Positions 1 through 10,631 are shown, counted from the whole stretch's first letter. The stretch: 62,269 nucleotides of DNA, filler included, from Basidiobolus ranarum (GCA_040143965.1; 21 parts of 21 records of this genome joined end to end with filler, not necessarily neighbours in it); one strand, 5' to 3'. The notes: generated from the sequence alone by a model not told the origin. Made by a program: numbers and translations.

Positions 1-348
1 AACTGAAGCAATATGCTGTTGTCCATTGTGGCGCTTCTCAATCGAGGCAACATGTTTTTCACCATTATGACGCTTCTTAACTGAAGCAACATGTTGTTGG
101 CCATTGTGACGTTTCTCAACTGAGGCAACATGCTGTTGGCCATTATGACGTTTCACGACTGAAGCAACATGTTGTTGGCCATTGTGACGCTTCTCGACTG
201 AAGCAACGTGTTTTTCGCCATTGTGACGTTTCTCTACTGAAGCGACATGTTGTTGTCCATTGTGACGTTTCTCGACAGAAGTAACACTACCGACTAATGC
301 TAGAGAAGCCAAGGCCAATAATGTAAGGCTGATAGAGGTGAAACGCAT
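1..348 (-). CDS. Secreted KEX2-processed repeat protein (KEP) precursor A, 3'-truncated by the window edge
   Basis: Manual translation from ATG at 348 (absent from the ORF track): MRFTSISLTLLALASLALVGSVTSVEKR, then 13-aa units HNGQQHVASVEKR, HNGEKHVASVEKR, HNGQQHVASVVKR, HNGQQHVASVEKR, HNGQQHVASVKKR, HNGEKHVASIEKR, HNGQQHIASV... Hydrophobic signal peptide, KR sites, TATAAAA on the minus strand near 493-499. Confidence 0.9.
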   Translation of the reverse strand, partial: MRFTSISLTLLALASLALVGSVTSVEKRHNGQQHVASVEKRHNGEKHVASVEKRHNGQQHVASVVKRHNGQQHVASVEKRHNGQQHVASVKKRHNGEKHVASIEKRHNGQQHIASV

Positions 349-1222
349 GGTGGAAGATTTCTTGCTGACGATAGGTATGTGATTTAGTAGAGTTGCTTTG
401 GTATTGTCCTGATATTCGTTTTGTTTGAGTTTTCTGTGTTGAACTAGAAAGAGAAACTTGTTTGATCCATCTGTATACATTTCTCGGGCTCTTTTATATG
501 TTCATTGAATTCGTCTTATCCTTGAACCAATTTGATCACTGTATACTACTTCGGAAGATATAAAAATCCGTTGAGTGCTCTGCAATCTAAATATCTCCTG
601 AGTCGGATGTGATAGTAAGCTGCTTGTAGGAGGCTACATTTATATTTCAAAGCTTGTAGGCGATTAGTATTGCTTGATCTCATGCACAATATTCAGCCAC
701 GATCTAATTTCTGTTGATAAGCGATACTCTCATAGTTGATATGATTAAGTTTTAGTGAGCTCATTACTACTATCCAGGGTTGTCTTATGACGAGCTATTA
801 ATCTTGCAACATGTGGATCAAAGAAAGGGAGATTTTCTATATATCTTAATATTCTGTTGAGGAAATAAATACCATTAATAATCAAGAAGATTCTAAGGAG
901 TTTATGCTCAAATAAGAGGTAAATAGGGAAGTTAATTAGCTATTCTAATCAAATGTTTTTACTGATGTATTGCAAATTATGTTGAGTTGGTAAGCATGCA
1001 CTACTTGTTCCGCAGAACAACAAAGAAAGACCCAAAGTTAATCCAAATAGCAGTATATGTTTATTTAAGAATCCGAATAATATGAGAGATGTTAAACGTC
1101 GATGATCTGATGGCATGGAATATCAAAACTCTCTAGGGTATATATAACATCCTTATGTGTATATCAGAGTCAGGTTGCCATTAACATAACATATTGGGAT
1201 GGTTGATGGTATTGACCATATC

Positions 1223-1747
1223 CTAATTATCAGCACGCTTCTCAACATCAGCCACGTGTGGCCCGTTGTGACGTTTCTCTACATCAGCAATGTGCGGGCC
1301 ATTATGTCGCTTTTGAACTTCAGCTATGTGTGGTCCATTGTGGCGCTTTTCAACATCAACTATGTGCGGCCCATTATGGCGTTTTTCTATATTGGCAATA
1401 TGTGGTCCATTATGACGCTTTTCAAAATCCTCTATGTGTGGCCCATTGTGTCGTTTTTCCACAGTGTTTACATGTGGACCATTATGCCGTTTCTCTACAT
1501 TAGCGATGTGTGGTCCGTTGTGTCGTTTCTCAATGCTGTTTACGTGTGGGCCGTTGTGACGCTTCTCAACATCGACAATGTGGGGCCCATTGTGCCTCTT
1601 CTCTGCGGTTACCATCATTACTCCATCGGATCTCTTACCTCCGAAAGCTCTTTTAGCTAGAATTTGTGAGTCAGCCTTTATCCCGATACCAGCTAAGGCC
1701 AATGAAATCAAGGCCAAGGTAGTTAAGCTGCAATAATTGAAACGCAT
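1223..1747 (-). CDS. Secreted KEX2-processed repeat protein (KEP) precursor B, complete, 174 aa
   Basis: Signal peptide MRFNYCSLTTLALISLALAG, short KR-delimited pro-segments (AFGG, SDGVMMVTAE), ten 12-aa units HNGPH(I/V)xx(V/I/F)(E/Q)KR, tail ADN-stop. Third codon positions vary while HNGPH and KR are invariant. TATAAAA on the minus strand near 1858-1864. Confidence 0.93.
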   Translation of the reverse strand: MRFNYCSLTTLALISLALAGIGIKADSQILAKRAFGGKRSDGVMMVTAEKRHNGPHIVDVEKRHNGPHVNSIEKRHNGPHIANVEKRHNGPHVNTVEKRHNGPHIEDFEKRHNGPHIANIEKRHNGPHIVDVEKRHNGPHIAEVQKRHNGPHIADVEKRHNGPHVADVEKRADN

Positions 1748-2454
1748 GTTGTCGTGAACTCCTTTGAACTACAACGGTGTTTATATTTGGTGAGAGTTTT
1801 CTGGGATACTTGAGCTGTAAAGTAATTGATTTTCTACTTGTTCTCTCCTTGCGATCATTTTATAGGGTCAGATTACCTCACCCTTCCGAAACGCTCAGTA
1901 CATAAGTCTTGCTGGTGCAACTTCCAGTATTACATCGATTGTTATGTCAGGGTACTGCATGCAAGTTTCATTGCGTAAATTTTTTCAAATACCAAATATG
2001 AAAGAAGTCTGTACATCTTGGCCATATAATATTTGAGAAGTAGCTTGCAATTAATTATCACTGGATTAGTTGGCAATGAAAAAACCCTTGAATACTGCAC
2101 TATACCTCACTGAAATATCTCATTCCAATGGCCCACATACTGTATATTTTACTAGCATATATAAGCAGCTAATAACGAAGTTTACTGATTTTTTCAAGAG
2201 TATCCCAATTCCTTTCAGTGACTTGTTATAATTATTTGCAAGATTGGATTTGCATAAATAGAGAATATAACTGGGAATTTTTAAGGTGTAATATCTGCTT
2301 TTATTTTGAATTTGGATAATTTGGGGTAATATAATAGATGATTGCAAAATACTATTGGTATTAGCATTGTGGGATCATCATTTAATAAGCCTACATTGTA
2401 GTTTGGAGAACACTTTCTAGTTGGGTAGCAATTGAATACTTTCACCTGAACTCT

Positions 2455-2770
2455 TTAAACGGATTTTGCAACATCAGCCACGTGTGGTCCATTGTGACGC
2501 TTCTGAACATTATTTACATGTGGACCATTATGGCGTTTCTCTACATTAGCGATATGAGGTCCATTGTGTCGCTTTTCAACAGTGTTTACATGCGGACCAT
2601 TGTGGCGTTTCTCTACATTAGCGATGTGTGGTCCGTTGTGTCGTTTCTCAATGCTGTTTACGTGTGGGCCATTGTGACGCTTCTCAACACTATTCACGTG
2701 TGGACCATTGTGGCGTTTCTCAACATCCACTATGTGCGGTCCGTTGTGTCGTTTTCAACACTGTTTACAT
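2455..2770 (-). CDS. KEP precursor C, 5' end missing; eight HNGPH units
   Basis: Same 12-aa repeat as precursor B, ending HNGPHVADVAKSV-stop. Repeats extend upstream of the tracked ORF to about 2770, with a 1-nt deletion in the A-run near 2752-2755. No signal peptide is visible before the contig end. Confidence 0.8.
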
Positions 2771-2882
2771 GCCCCCGCGTACGGGGGGGGTGGGTGGAAG
2801 AGGCATTCCAGGTTGGTGTAGGAGAAAAACCGGTAGCGGTTATATACCCAACAGACATGTTAGCAAGCGCAAAATTAATCGC

Positions 2883-2982
2883 NNNNNNNNNNNNNNNNNN
2901 NNNNNNNNNNNNNNNNNNNNNNNNNNTTAATTAATTAANNNNNNNNNNNNNNNNNNNNNNNNNNNNNNNNNNNNNNNNNNNN
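2883..2982. other. Artificial contig linker, first of 20
   Basis: N44-TTAATTAATTAA-N44 gives stops in all frames. The others start at 5864, 8844, 11824, 14801, 17777, 20753, 23727, 26700, 29672, 32643, 35614, 38584, 41552, 44518, 47482, 50444, 53402, 56359 and 59315. Contig lengths fall steadily from 2882 to 2855. Confidence 0.99.
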
Positions 2983-3140
2983 TTTTGCAAGATCTTGAAA
3001 TTTCACTCCTGAAACTGAAAAAATTGATTAAAATCAAATCTAACTTGACAATTTTATGACGGTAAGTAAACGGTCAATCCCAAATGGATTAAAATTGTGA
3101 CTGTTTTCCTACAATAACAATCCTCAAATTTCTGTTAGGG
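2983..3140 (-). mobile_element. DNA transposon terminus, putative 5' end of the CACTA/EnSpm-like family
   Basis: Ends ...CCTCAAATTTCTGTTAGGG. The same sequence recurs at about 4890-5034 and inverted at 38473-38583. Terminal CCCTAACAGAAAT matches the CACTA 3' terminus CCCTAACAAAAAT at 12 of 13 positions. Confidence 0.6.
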
Positions 3141-3279
3141 ACAACCCTAGTGTTAGTTTTCTATATTTCCACCAAAATGTATAAATGCTTTATTTCTGGA
3201 CAATACAGAATTATCTCACAAGGCTATTCTCAACTCCACTTTTCTAAAGTTCTTCCAAACAGCCCATATTTTCCCAATA
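3141..3279 (+). repeat. Fragment of a dispersed, probably LTR-type repeat
   Basis: Reverse-complement match to about 53109-53245. Both copies end at ...TTTTCCCAATA, and each interrupts a different element. Confidence 0.5.
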
Positions 3280-3281
3280 AA

Positions 3282-4083
3282 ACTGGCATTGATGTGAAGA
3301 AACACTTGTCAGTTAGAAATGCCTTGGCTAAACAGGCTGTTCACAAGTTACTTGCTGTTACACCACCCAATATATCTTATAATGGATGTTAAAGGCTTCT
3401 CAAACAGTTTGTGATACCAGTCTGGAATATGGAGTACATCTGCTCCCACTCAACCAAAGAGACTACTCTAAGCTTGATAGATTCATCAGCTACTGCCTCA
3501 GGCTGCTGATGCCTGACTTGCCTGAGACTCCATATGATCATGCTCTGAATGGAACTTTTTGATTCTTCCCGTATCATATTAGAGAAGTTTTACTCAGGGC
3601 AAAATTTCTACTTCATCTAAATGACTGTAGAAATCCACTGATTAAGAAGTGGCTAGCCACACCATCATCAAATGCACTATCATGCTGGAAATTGATACAA
3701 GATGATCCTCTTGCTACTGCATTGGCTTTACAGCTGCATGAAACAAAACAGCCTAAAATTGTTGCTATAGACTTCCAGCCCAACCTTTGGAAGCAAAACC
3801 TTGCCTCTAAGGCACCTTTCTTGATTCCCATTATTCCAGGCTTTTGTCCTATTGTCCATCTGGTTTGTACTGAGTACCTTCCTTTCCACTTACCACCTTT
3901 GCCCCTTAACACTATACTTACATCCTGTGAACTTGATTACATTGGTCATCAAGTCAAGTATGGATATGATCAAGTATTGTCATAATATCTTAAAAAGTTG
4001 ATATCTTGATTGTCACTTTGTTTAGATTAGTATTTAAGCTAAATTAAGTCCACACCATCTGGTGCTTTTCATCCTCCTAACCC
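3282..4083 (+). mobile_element. Degenerate non-LTR retrotransposon (LINE) 3' part
   Basis: Allowing one frameshift and stops, it reads GIDVKKHLSVRNALAKQAVHKL...LLKQFVIPV/EYGVHLLPLNQRDYSKLDRFISYCLRLL...REVLLRAKFLLHLN, resembling the post-RT 'F.RP.LEYG...CLR' region of LINE ORF2. The 3' UTR ends in CCTCCTAACCCTAA. Confidence 0.65.
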
Positions 4084-4525
4084 TAAGAAGTGGCTAGCTA
4101 CACCATCTTCAACTAAAGTATCATGCTGGAAACTGATACAATTTGACCCTCCTGTGTCTACTTTAGTTATACAACTACATGAAACAAAACAGTCCAAGAT
4201 TCTTGCTGTAGACTTCCAGCCAGACTTTTAGAAGCAATATCTTGCCTCCAAGACACCTTTTTTGATCCCCACTATTCCAGGTTTTGTCCTATTGTCCATT
4301 TGGCTTGTACTGAATATCTTCCTTTCTGCTTACCACCTGTACCCCTTAACACTAGATTTAAATCCTCAGAACCAGATTACATTGGTCATCAAGTCAAGTA
4401 TGGATATGATCTAATTTTGTCACAATATCATGGAAGACTGATGTTATATTTGTCACTTTGTTTAGATTAGTATATAAGCTAAATAAATTCCACACCACCT
4501 GCTGCTTTTATCCTCCTAACCCTAA
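4084..4525 (+). mobile_element. Second head-to-tail copy of the LINE 3' end (about 440 bp)
   Basis: Diverged direct repeat of 3643-4083, again ending CCTCCTAACCCTAA. Confidence 0.7.
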
Positions 4526-4889
4526 AAGTGCTTCAAGAGTATTAAAAGTACAAAGGGAAAAATGCGGTGCAAGTATGCAGCAAGTGGCTTCAGAAGAAGA
4601 GTATTCAGCTTGACATATAATATGATATTGATCATGTGGACATCTGGCAAGAACTTAACACAGAGTGGTACTATGTTGCAGGATATCTGCCAGATAGCTG
4701 GAAGAATGCTGATTCAGCAATGTTAACACAATAGTGGGCTTTGATGGAGATACTGATACAAAGTCATGTTGGATATGAGCTAAACCTTGGGTATTAAGTA
4801 CTGTTGTAAGCATGCAGAGTTTGGGTTACATTTTTGACACATGTGTTGATCTATAGTGTTCTGATATTATAGCCAATTATGTGTAACTA

Positions 4890-5034
4890 TTTTGGAAGAT
4901 CTTTAAGTTTCACTTCTGGATTTGAAATCAAATCTAACTTGATGATTTTGTGATAGTAAGTAAACAGTCAGCCCAAAATAGATTAAAATTGTGATGGTTT
5001 TCTCACAACGAACATCCTCAAATTTGTGTTAGGG
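4890..5034 (-). mobile_element. Second copy of the putative CACTA 5' terminus
   Basis: Homologous to 2983-3140; ends ...CAAATTTGTGTTAGGG. Confidence 0.55.
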
Positions 5035-5963
5035 AACAAGAGCAACTTTATTCCCTCATTGTTTTATTATAATACAAGAAATGACTTGCTTATAGTCTTT
5101 GGAAAACTTGAGCACTGCTGACTATTCTAATGTTAGTAACTTTTGCGTATTGCAAGAAAAGTGTGTACATGATAGATTGTATTATCCTAATCCCCCACTA
5201 TCTTGTGTACTTGGAAAAATACCTCTCCCAACTGATGAAAATGGCACAGTTTGAACATCTATAGAGTCATATGGTTAACTGCCTAAATTTCAGTATGCTG
5301 TTATTCAATATCTTGGTTCCAAATTCAAGTAAAATATTGTTATCAACTAGGAAGCTCTCCGGTTAGATGACAAAAAAACTACCTAGATATATAAATTGAG
5401 GACGTGACCAGAATCTCGGATTTAGCGTAAATCAAGCAGTAGATGTGTAGAACAAATTTTGATTTATTATATCACAGCACAGCAACTTGTACTCGAGCCA
5501 GCATTTCTCTCTTCTTAGCGATTTTTGAGTATAATGGCTTTTGTGTGCTTGACCCTACCCTCGTCTTTCTATATTTGGACTTGGCAAAAAAAGGCATTCC
5601 CTTTAGCTGAAAATTCTTAAAAGAGTTAGAGAGGATATGTGAAATGAGATTAGTGGTTAATAGATAGGACTGATGTGAAGCTGTATTGAACTGAGGTAAC
5701 TACAGACTATTCAAGGGATATATTTTAAGAAGAGCGTTGATTCAAGAATTGTGTCCATTCGGCATGTTCCTGTTCTTTGCTGCATTTTTCGAATCTCATC
5801 CCATTTTTTCCTTTGACAAGGCGCACGATCTTGCCAAATGCTCGAAAACGAACTATTTGCCCTNNNNNNNNNNNNNNNNNNNNNNNNNNNNNNNNNNNNN
5901 NNNNNNNTTAATTAATTAANNNNNNNNNNNNNNNNNNNNNNNNNNNNNNNNNNNNNNNNNNNN

Positions 5964-6258
5964 GTACCTTCCTTTCTGCTTACCACCTTTGCCTCTTAAC
6001 ACTATATTTACATCCTCTGAACTTGATTACATTGGTCATCAGGTTAAGTATGGATATGATCCAGCATTGTCACAGTATCTTAAAAGAATGATGTCTTGAT
6101 TGTCACTTTGTTTAGATTAGTATTAGAGCTAAATAAAGTCCACACCATCTAGTGCTTTTCATCCCCCCTAACCTGGCTTATTTATTTATTGACTTTGGTT
6201 AAATTGATAAATAAATATTACACCTTCTGGTGTTTATCATCCCCCCTAACCCTAACCT
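5964..6258 (+). mobile_element. Third LINE 3'-end copy plus a short duplicated tail
   Basis: 5964-6173 aligns to about 3874-4082. A further tail TCATCCCCCCTAACCCTAACC lies at about 6237-6257. Confidence 0.65.
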
Positions 6259-7327
6259 TATCTGTTGCTATTACTTACGATTAGTCAGAAGGCTGCGAGG
6301 AAATAAGCTCAGGCTTTTAACAACAAACATTTAGACATAGGAGCCCAATCTGGATAGAATCAGGGCTTTATCCTACTGAAACTCGTCAATAGTAGACATA
6401 TATATTAGTAAGTACCTATTTTCATGTATGCGCTTGCCGACTGTATGCAAAAAGTAAATAAAGTTGCTGGTACTAACTTACTCTCGTGAGTCCCCTAGTA
6501 TATACCACAATGAAGTTTATTTTCGAATAAATGCCTGAACTAATCGCTTTATTTCATTGTTGAAGATATTGAAAATAGTGAATGCACCTTTTAATTAGGT
6601 TTGTGAGTATTTTGAAGATTTTAGTAAATCGAATCTGCATAAAATGAGAGCGCCATGATAAAGTACCGAGTAGTAATCATTTTTTGGCTTCTTATGAAAT
6701 GAGTGAAAGCGTATACAACAGAATTGATATCAAATGACACGTTGGATACTTTTATTATGGATATAGGAGTAGATGGAATAGAGTTTTTAACGTTAGTAAT
6801 CTTGGATCGTTCAAGTTATTTAAGTAAAAATGGTGGATTAACATAGCCTTGACATCACCTGAACACATCTCTCCATTTGAGTCGTGCCTAAATGTAAGAT
6901 TGATAATACTTGACATCTTATTATGTTATATCTGAACTTGAAGTAATACTTTACAATACATTTGCAATTTTTCATTTGTAATCATGCTAGCAAATAAGAT
7001 CTTGTGAAGAGCAAAGAATATTATCATAGTAATTACAACTGCTTCGATTACGTTAATACATGACAAGTGTTACTACAAATGGCTATTTTCAGTGTCATCG
7101 CACGCAATATCCCCAGTATAAATATGATCAATTGTCTATAACCATACTTGTAGCACCTTTATTCATTTTGGTGCATAAGCGTACACAAGGTTCGCAGCAT
7201 TCTGAAATACTTTGCTTTTTACTAGAATGAGGATGTTCCTTCACAAATAGTGAAGTTTTTTACTTCCATTTTTTTATAAATAGTCACTAGATCAACTGTT
7301 TTATCATCACCTCCAACATCTCTGAAA

Positions 7328-7717
7328 ATGAAACTATATATCTTCGCTTCGATCATCTGTATGGCATCAAGTGTGATGGCTCTTACTAAGCATACTGGAA
7401 CCGTCAGTGGCCAAATGTACATGAGTGGTGCATTCTATGATTCCGTTCAAGCTAGTGTAAATATTGATGGTATTAACCACAAGATTAAGTGGGAAGGTAC
7501 CGCCACCTCTGGTCAAAGATATTGCGACCCCTCCGAAGACGCTTGCATAGACTTCAAGAACGGAGGAAACCCCGTTATTTCTTACTGTCAAGGGTCCATT
7601 ACCTTGCCCACCAAGTGTAAGATTACCAAGAGAAAGGCTTGTGATGATGGTAGATGTCCCGTACAGGTTTACTGGAACATTGAGAAGCAGTCATTCAGCA
7701 TCAATTGCTCAAATTAG
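7328..7717 (+). CDS. Small secreted cysteine-rich protein, 129 aa, unknown function
   Basis: Intronless ORF with AAAATG start context, signal peptide MKLYIFASIICMASSVMA, seven Cys in the mature part, and TATAAATA about 50 nt upstream. Confidence 0.8.
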   Translation: MKLYIFASIICMASSVMALTKHTGTVSGQMYMSGAFYDSVQASVNIDGINHKIKWEGTATSGQRYCDPSEDACIDFKNGGNPVISYCQGSITLPTKCKITKRKACDDGRCPVQVYWNIEKQSFSINCSN

Positions 7718-7833
7718 CCAATTCTACATCAACCAATCTATATCCATTTATTGATTATTTTCGTATTCACGTACTTATGCACTTTGAATAAACTATAAAT
7801 GGAACATCTAGAATTTAATGACTTACCATAGCC

Positions 7834-7903
7834 TTAACAGGAATATATCATAGCATTAACAGGAATATATCATAGCATTAACAGGAATATATCATAGCAT
7901 TAA
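7834..7903 (+). repeat. Minisatellite, 3 x 22 bp TTAACAGGAATATATCATAGCA
   Basis: Three perfect tandem copies read directly from the sequence. Confidence 0.95.
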
Positions 7904-8943
7904 TACGGATATATATGCATTGATAGAAATATGAGCTATAACTATGATGACAGCCAGCCATTACGATCAATATATAATTAGCTGCATTATTATCTATAAG
8001 CAACTGTCAAATGTTTGAAGTGACTGCTTCTGATTGACCGATGATAGGAAATTCAATGAAGTCATTTATGTTTGACTTTCTTACCATCTTTATCGTCTTG
8101 TGATACAATGTCCCATATTTATCATCACATAAATCGGAACTGCTGATAATAAAAGAAATCTTCTCACTCGATAAACAATCCAATAGCATGACCCATCCTA
8201 CCTTTCTCAAGTACGTTCGTTACCAGCATGAAAACGCAGTACTTCGTTTAAAGAAGGTATGGTATCATTCATGACTACTTGTTCAACAATAATTCCGTAG
8301 TGGGTCTTGGATATTCTGTCTCTTTGACAAATCATCTTCGCATTTGATCATGTTTCCAATATTGTTAACCCCGACACTGCGAATATGAGTAGACCTGATC
8401 CATTCCATTCCGATAAGCCCAATAAGTAAGGGCTGTTTGCTTTAATAGTTCATAGATACAGAGATAGGCAGTTGCAACAATCGAGTATCCATTATAGCAT
8501 TCAAATATTTCACACTCTAGGTCAGGTAATATTACCACTTTAATAGCAACTTCTATTCACGGACATCATAGCTACTGATATCCCAAGTTAGGGAATAAAA
8601 TAGTGTGATGTCCCGACAAAGTACAGCCCGCACCACTGAAATAGGTAGTTTCACTTGGATTGCAACAACTTACCGAGAGTTCTGCATTAGATTAGGCTCG
8701 GTATGATATCAAATTCACGAGATTATTTTCGCGTTATAAACAGTAAATGAGAGTCCAATGAAAATGGAGAATGGATGCTAAGCTACGTAAGAAGGGTCGC
8801 ATAAATCAATTAAGTTTGACACTCATTGGTTGTAAAATCAAATNNNNNNNNNNNNNNNNNNNNNNNNNNNNNNNNNNNNNNNNNNNNTTAATTAATTAAN
8901 NNNNNNNNNNNNNNNNNNNNNNNNNNNNNNNNNNNNNNNNNNN

Positions 8944-9052
8944 AGACGCGTTCACGATTGACCAAACAAGTCAAGCGTTCTGGCGAGAATGCTTGCACAG
9001 TCCACATGGCAAGAAGCATGAGGAAAATGGAGTGAATTGCAGTTGGATTCAT
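8944..9052 (-). CDS. Secreted CAP/SCP-domain protein, copy 1 (5' end only)
   Basis: MNPTAIHSIFLMLLAMWTVQAFSPERLTCLVNRERV matches the N-terminus of the complete paralog at 9980-10631. Confidence 0.8.
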
Positions 9053-9979
9053 TTGTCTGGGTATAATTGATATTGATGCTGCTTGAAATAATAGGGATGA
9101 CAAGAGTGCTGATGGTATTGCCTGTTGACTTTGTAATGGAGACTGATGAACTTTCTAGGGACCAAAGTAACCTCATATATAGGATTTAGCGTTTCTATGA
9201 ATGAGTCTAATGCCACTGATCAAATATCTCCTTAGCAGATGTCTCGTTATTATCTATTCGGTTATATTCTACAGGTTGCATCTCCATGTGGCAGTAGACA
9301 GAAATTGAATAACAGCCACTTCCAGTTATATTGCATAGAATTGCTGATTAGATATTCTAAATTTGATCACCGTGCTGTTTGAACGGGTTTGGACAAATCT
9401 GGATAGAGTTGCATAGTGACACCTCGATCTCCGATAATAGTACCTTGGCAAGCATGTGGGTAAACAATCTGCGCAGGTATGATTAAGAATCGGGATTATT
9501 CAGTAGAATTTGAATTGTTTCAAAATCATTTAGCAATCATTCCTTAGTAGATTGATATAACAATTGATAACTTTTGGAAGATGGAAAGTGGGTAAAGATA
9601 GAGTATGTTGCAAGTGTCGTTTATTAGTTGATAAATCAATGTTCCTAGAATGGAAAATGGTTGCCTAAGACAATTATCCTAAAGAATGGCGAGTCACCTT
9701 CTGATCAGCACGTTGCACTAATATTTATAATTTGAAAATACTCCAAATCATTACAAGCTAATGAACTATTATCCCAAAGCTGATTATAATCTAGCAATCT
9801 TCAGTGTAGTTGTCATTTATTAGAATAGATATCGTAAGCATCTCGTCATCATAGTAAATAAAGGAGAAAAGTTCTATCAGAAATCTAGCGTAATGAAATG
9901 GGCTTCTCTAATTATTTAGATAAAAAATGGTGAATAATAAAAATGTCGTCTAGGGAAAGTAATATTTGAGGATGAAAGA

Positions 9980-10631
9980 TCAAGGGCACACTGGGACTTG
10001 GCTATAGTTGATTCTACTAGGGTCCATTCCCAAAAACTCCATGGTCCAGTAGTTACCCCGAGGATCAAATCCGGTTCCTGCGTGAGTAAAAGATGGGGTA
10101 AGAATGTTACGGCGATGGACTAAGAAATACAAGTAGTAAGTTAGCATGGTGATATTCTTATTGAGGAATATTCAGAATCGGGAGGCAGTATCCTTTGATA
10201 AAGTAACAAATTAAGTATAGCTTACCTTCAGAGTGCATCCACTTGTATACTACTTGCTCTTCGGTCTGATCACCGGCTGCGACATTCTCAGCTCGAGTGC
10301 GATAGTTGTATCCACGAGATCTTGCGACGTCACCCATGTCAGGCCGGTCAGAGCGATTGTGAGTCATCTGGCGACGATCAGCTTGGCTCTGGGAGTGATG
10401 TTGTGCATCTTCGCCTAAATCCCTATTAAAGACGAAAAGTATCAGTTAGGCATCTTCTTTGTTGCGCCTGATAAATATTTAATAGCATTACCCATTTAGT
10501 ATCAGGGGATTCAATCCTCGTGAGACTCGCTCGCGGTTGATTAGACATATTAAGCGTTCAGGAGAATATGCTTGTACAACAGAGAAAGAGGCGAGGATAA
10601 TTGGCAAGATGATGAATGAGCTAAATTTCAT
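9980..10631 (-). CDS. Secreted CAP/SCP (allergen V5/Tpx-1/PR-1 superfamily) protein, copy 2, three exons
   Basis: Exons 10631-10492, 10422-10226 and 10119-9980 with GT-AG introns give MKFSSFIILPIILASFSVVQAYSPERLICLINRERVSRGLNPL...AQHHSQSQA...MTH...AENVAAG...KWMHSEVHRRNILTPSFTHAGTG...YWTMEF...PVCP-stop. These are classic CAP motifs. Confidence 0.9.

Noticed and set aside
1230-1600. 36-39 bp periodic repeats resembling a CRISPR array
   Set aside because: No unique spacers, the period is a multiple of three, variation is at third codon positions, no cas genes, and the context is eukaryotic.
1631-1654. KR-AFGG-KR segment as a Gly-Lys-Arg amidation signal
   Set aside because: A single occurrence, and no amidating enzyme is visible. 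Too weak to claim.
1199-1660. Hydrophobic repeat ORFs on the plus strand (also 1258-1503, 2482-2934, 2628-2930)
   Set aside because: Antisense shadows of the KEP repeats. The signal peptide, KR sites and synonymous-variation pattern all belong to the minus strand.
2927-2938. Recurrent TTAATTAATTAA palindrome about every 2.97 kb
   Set aside because: Part of the artificial N-linker between contigs. ORF extensions through the Ns are also artefacts.
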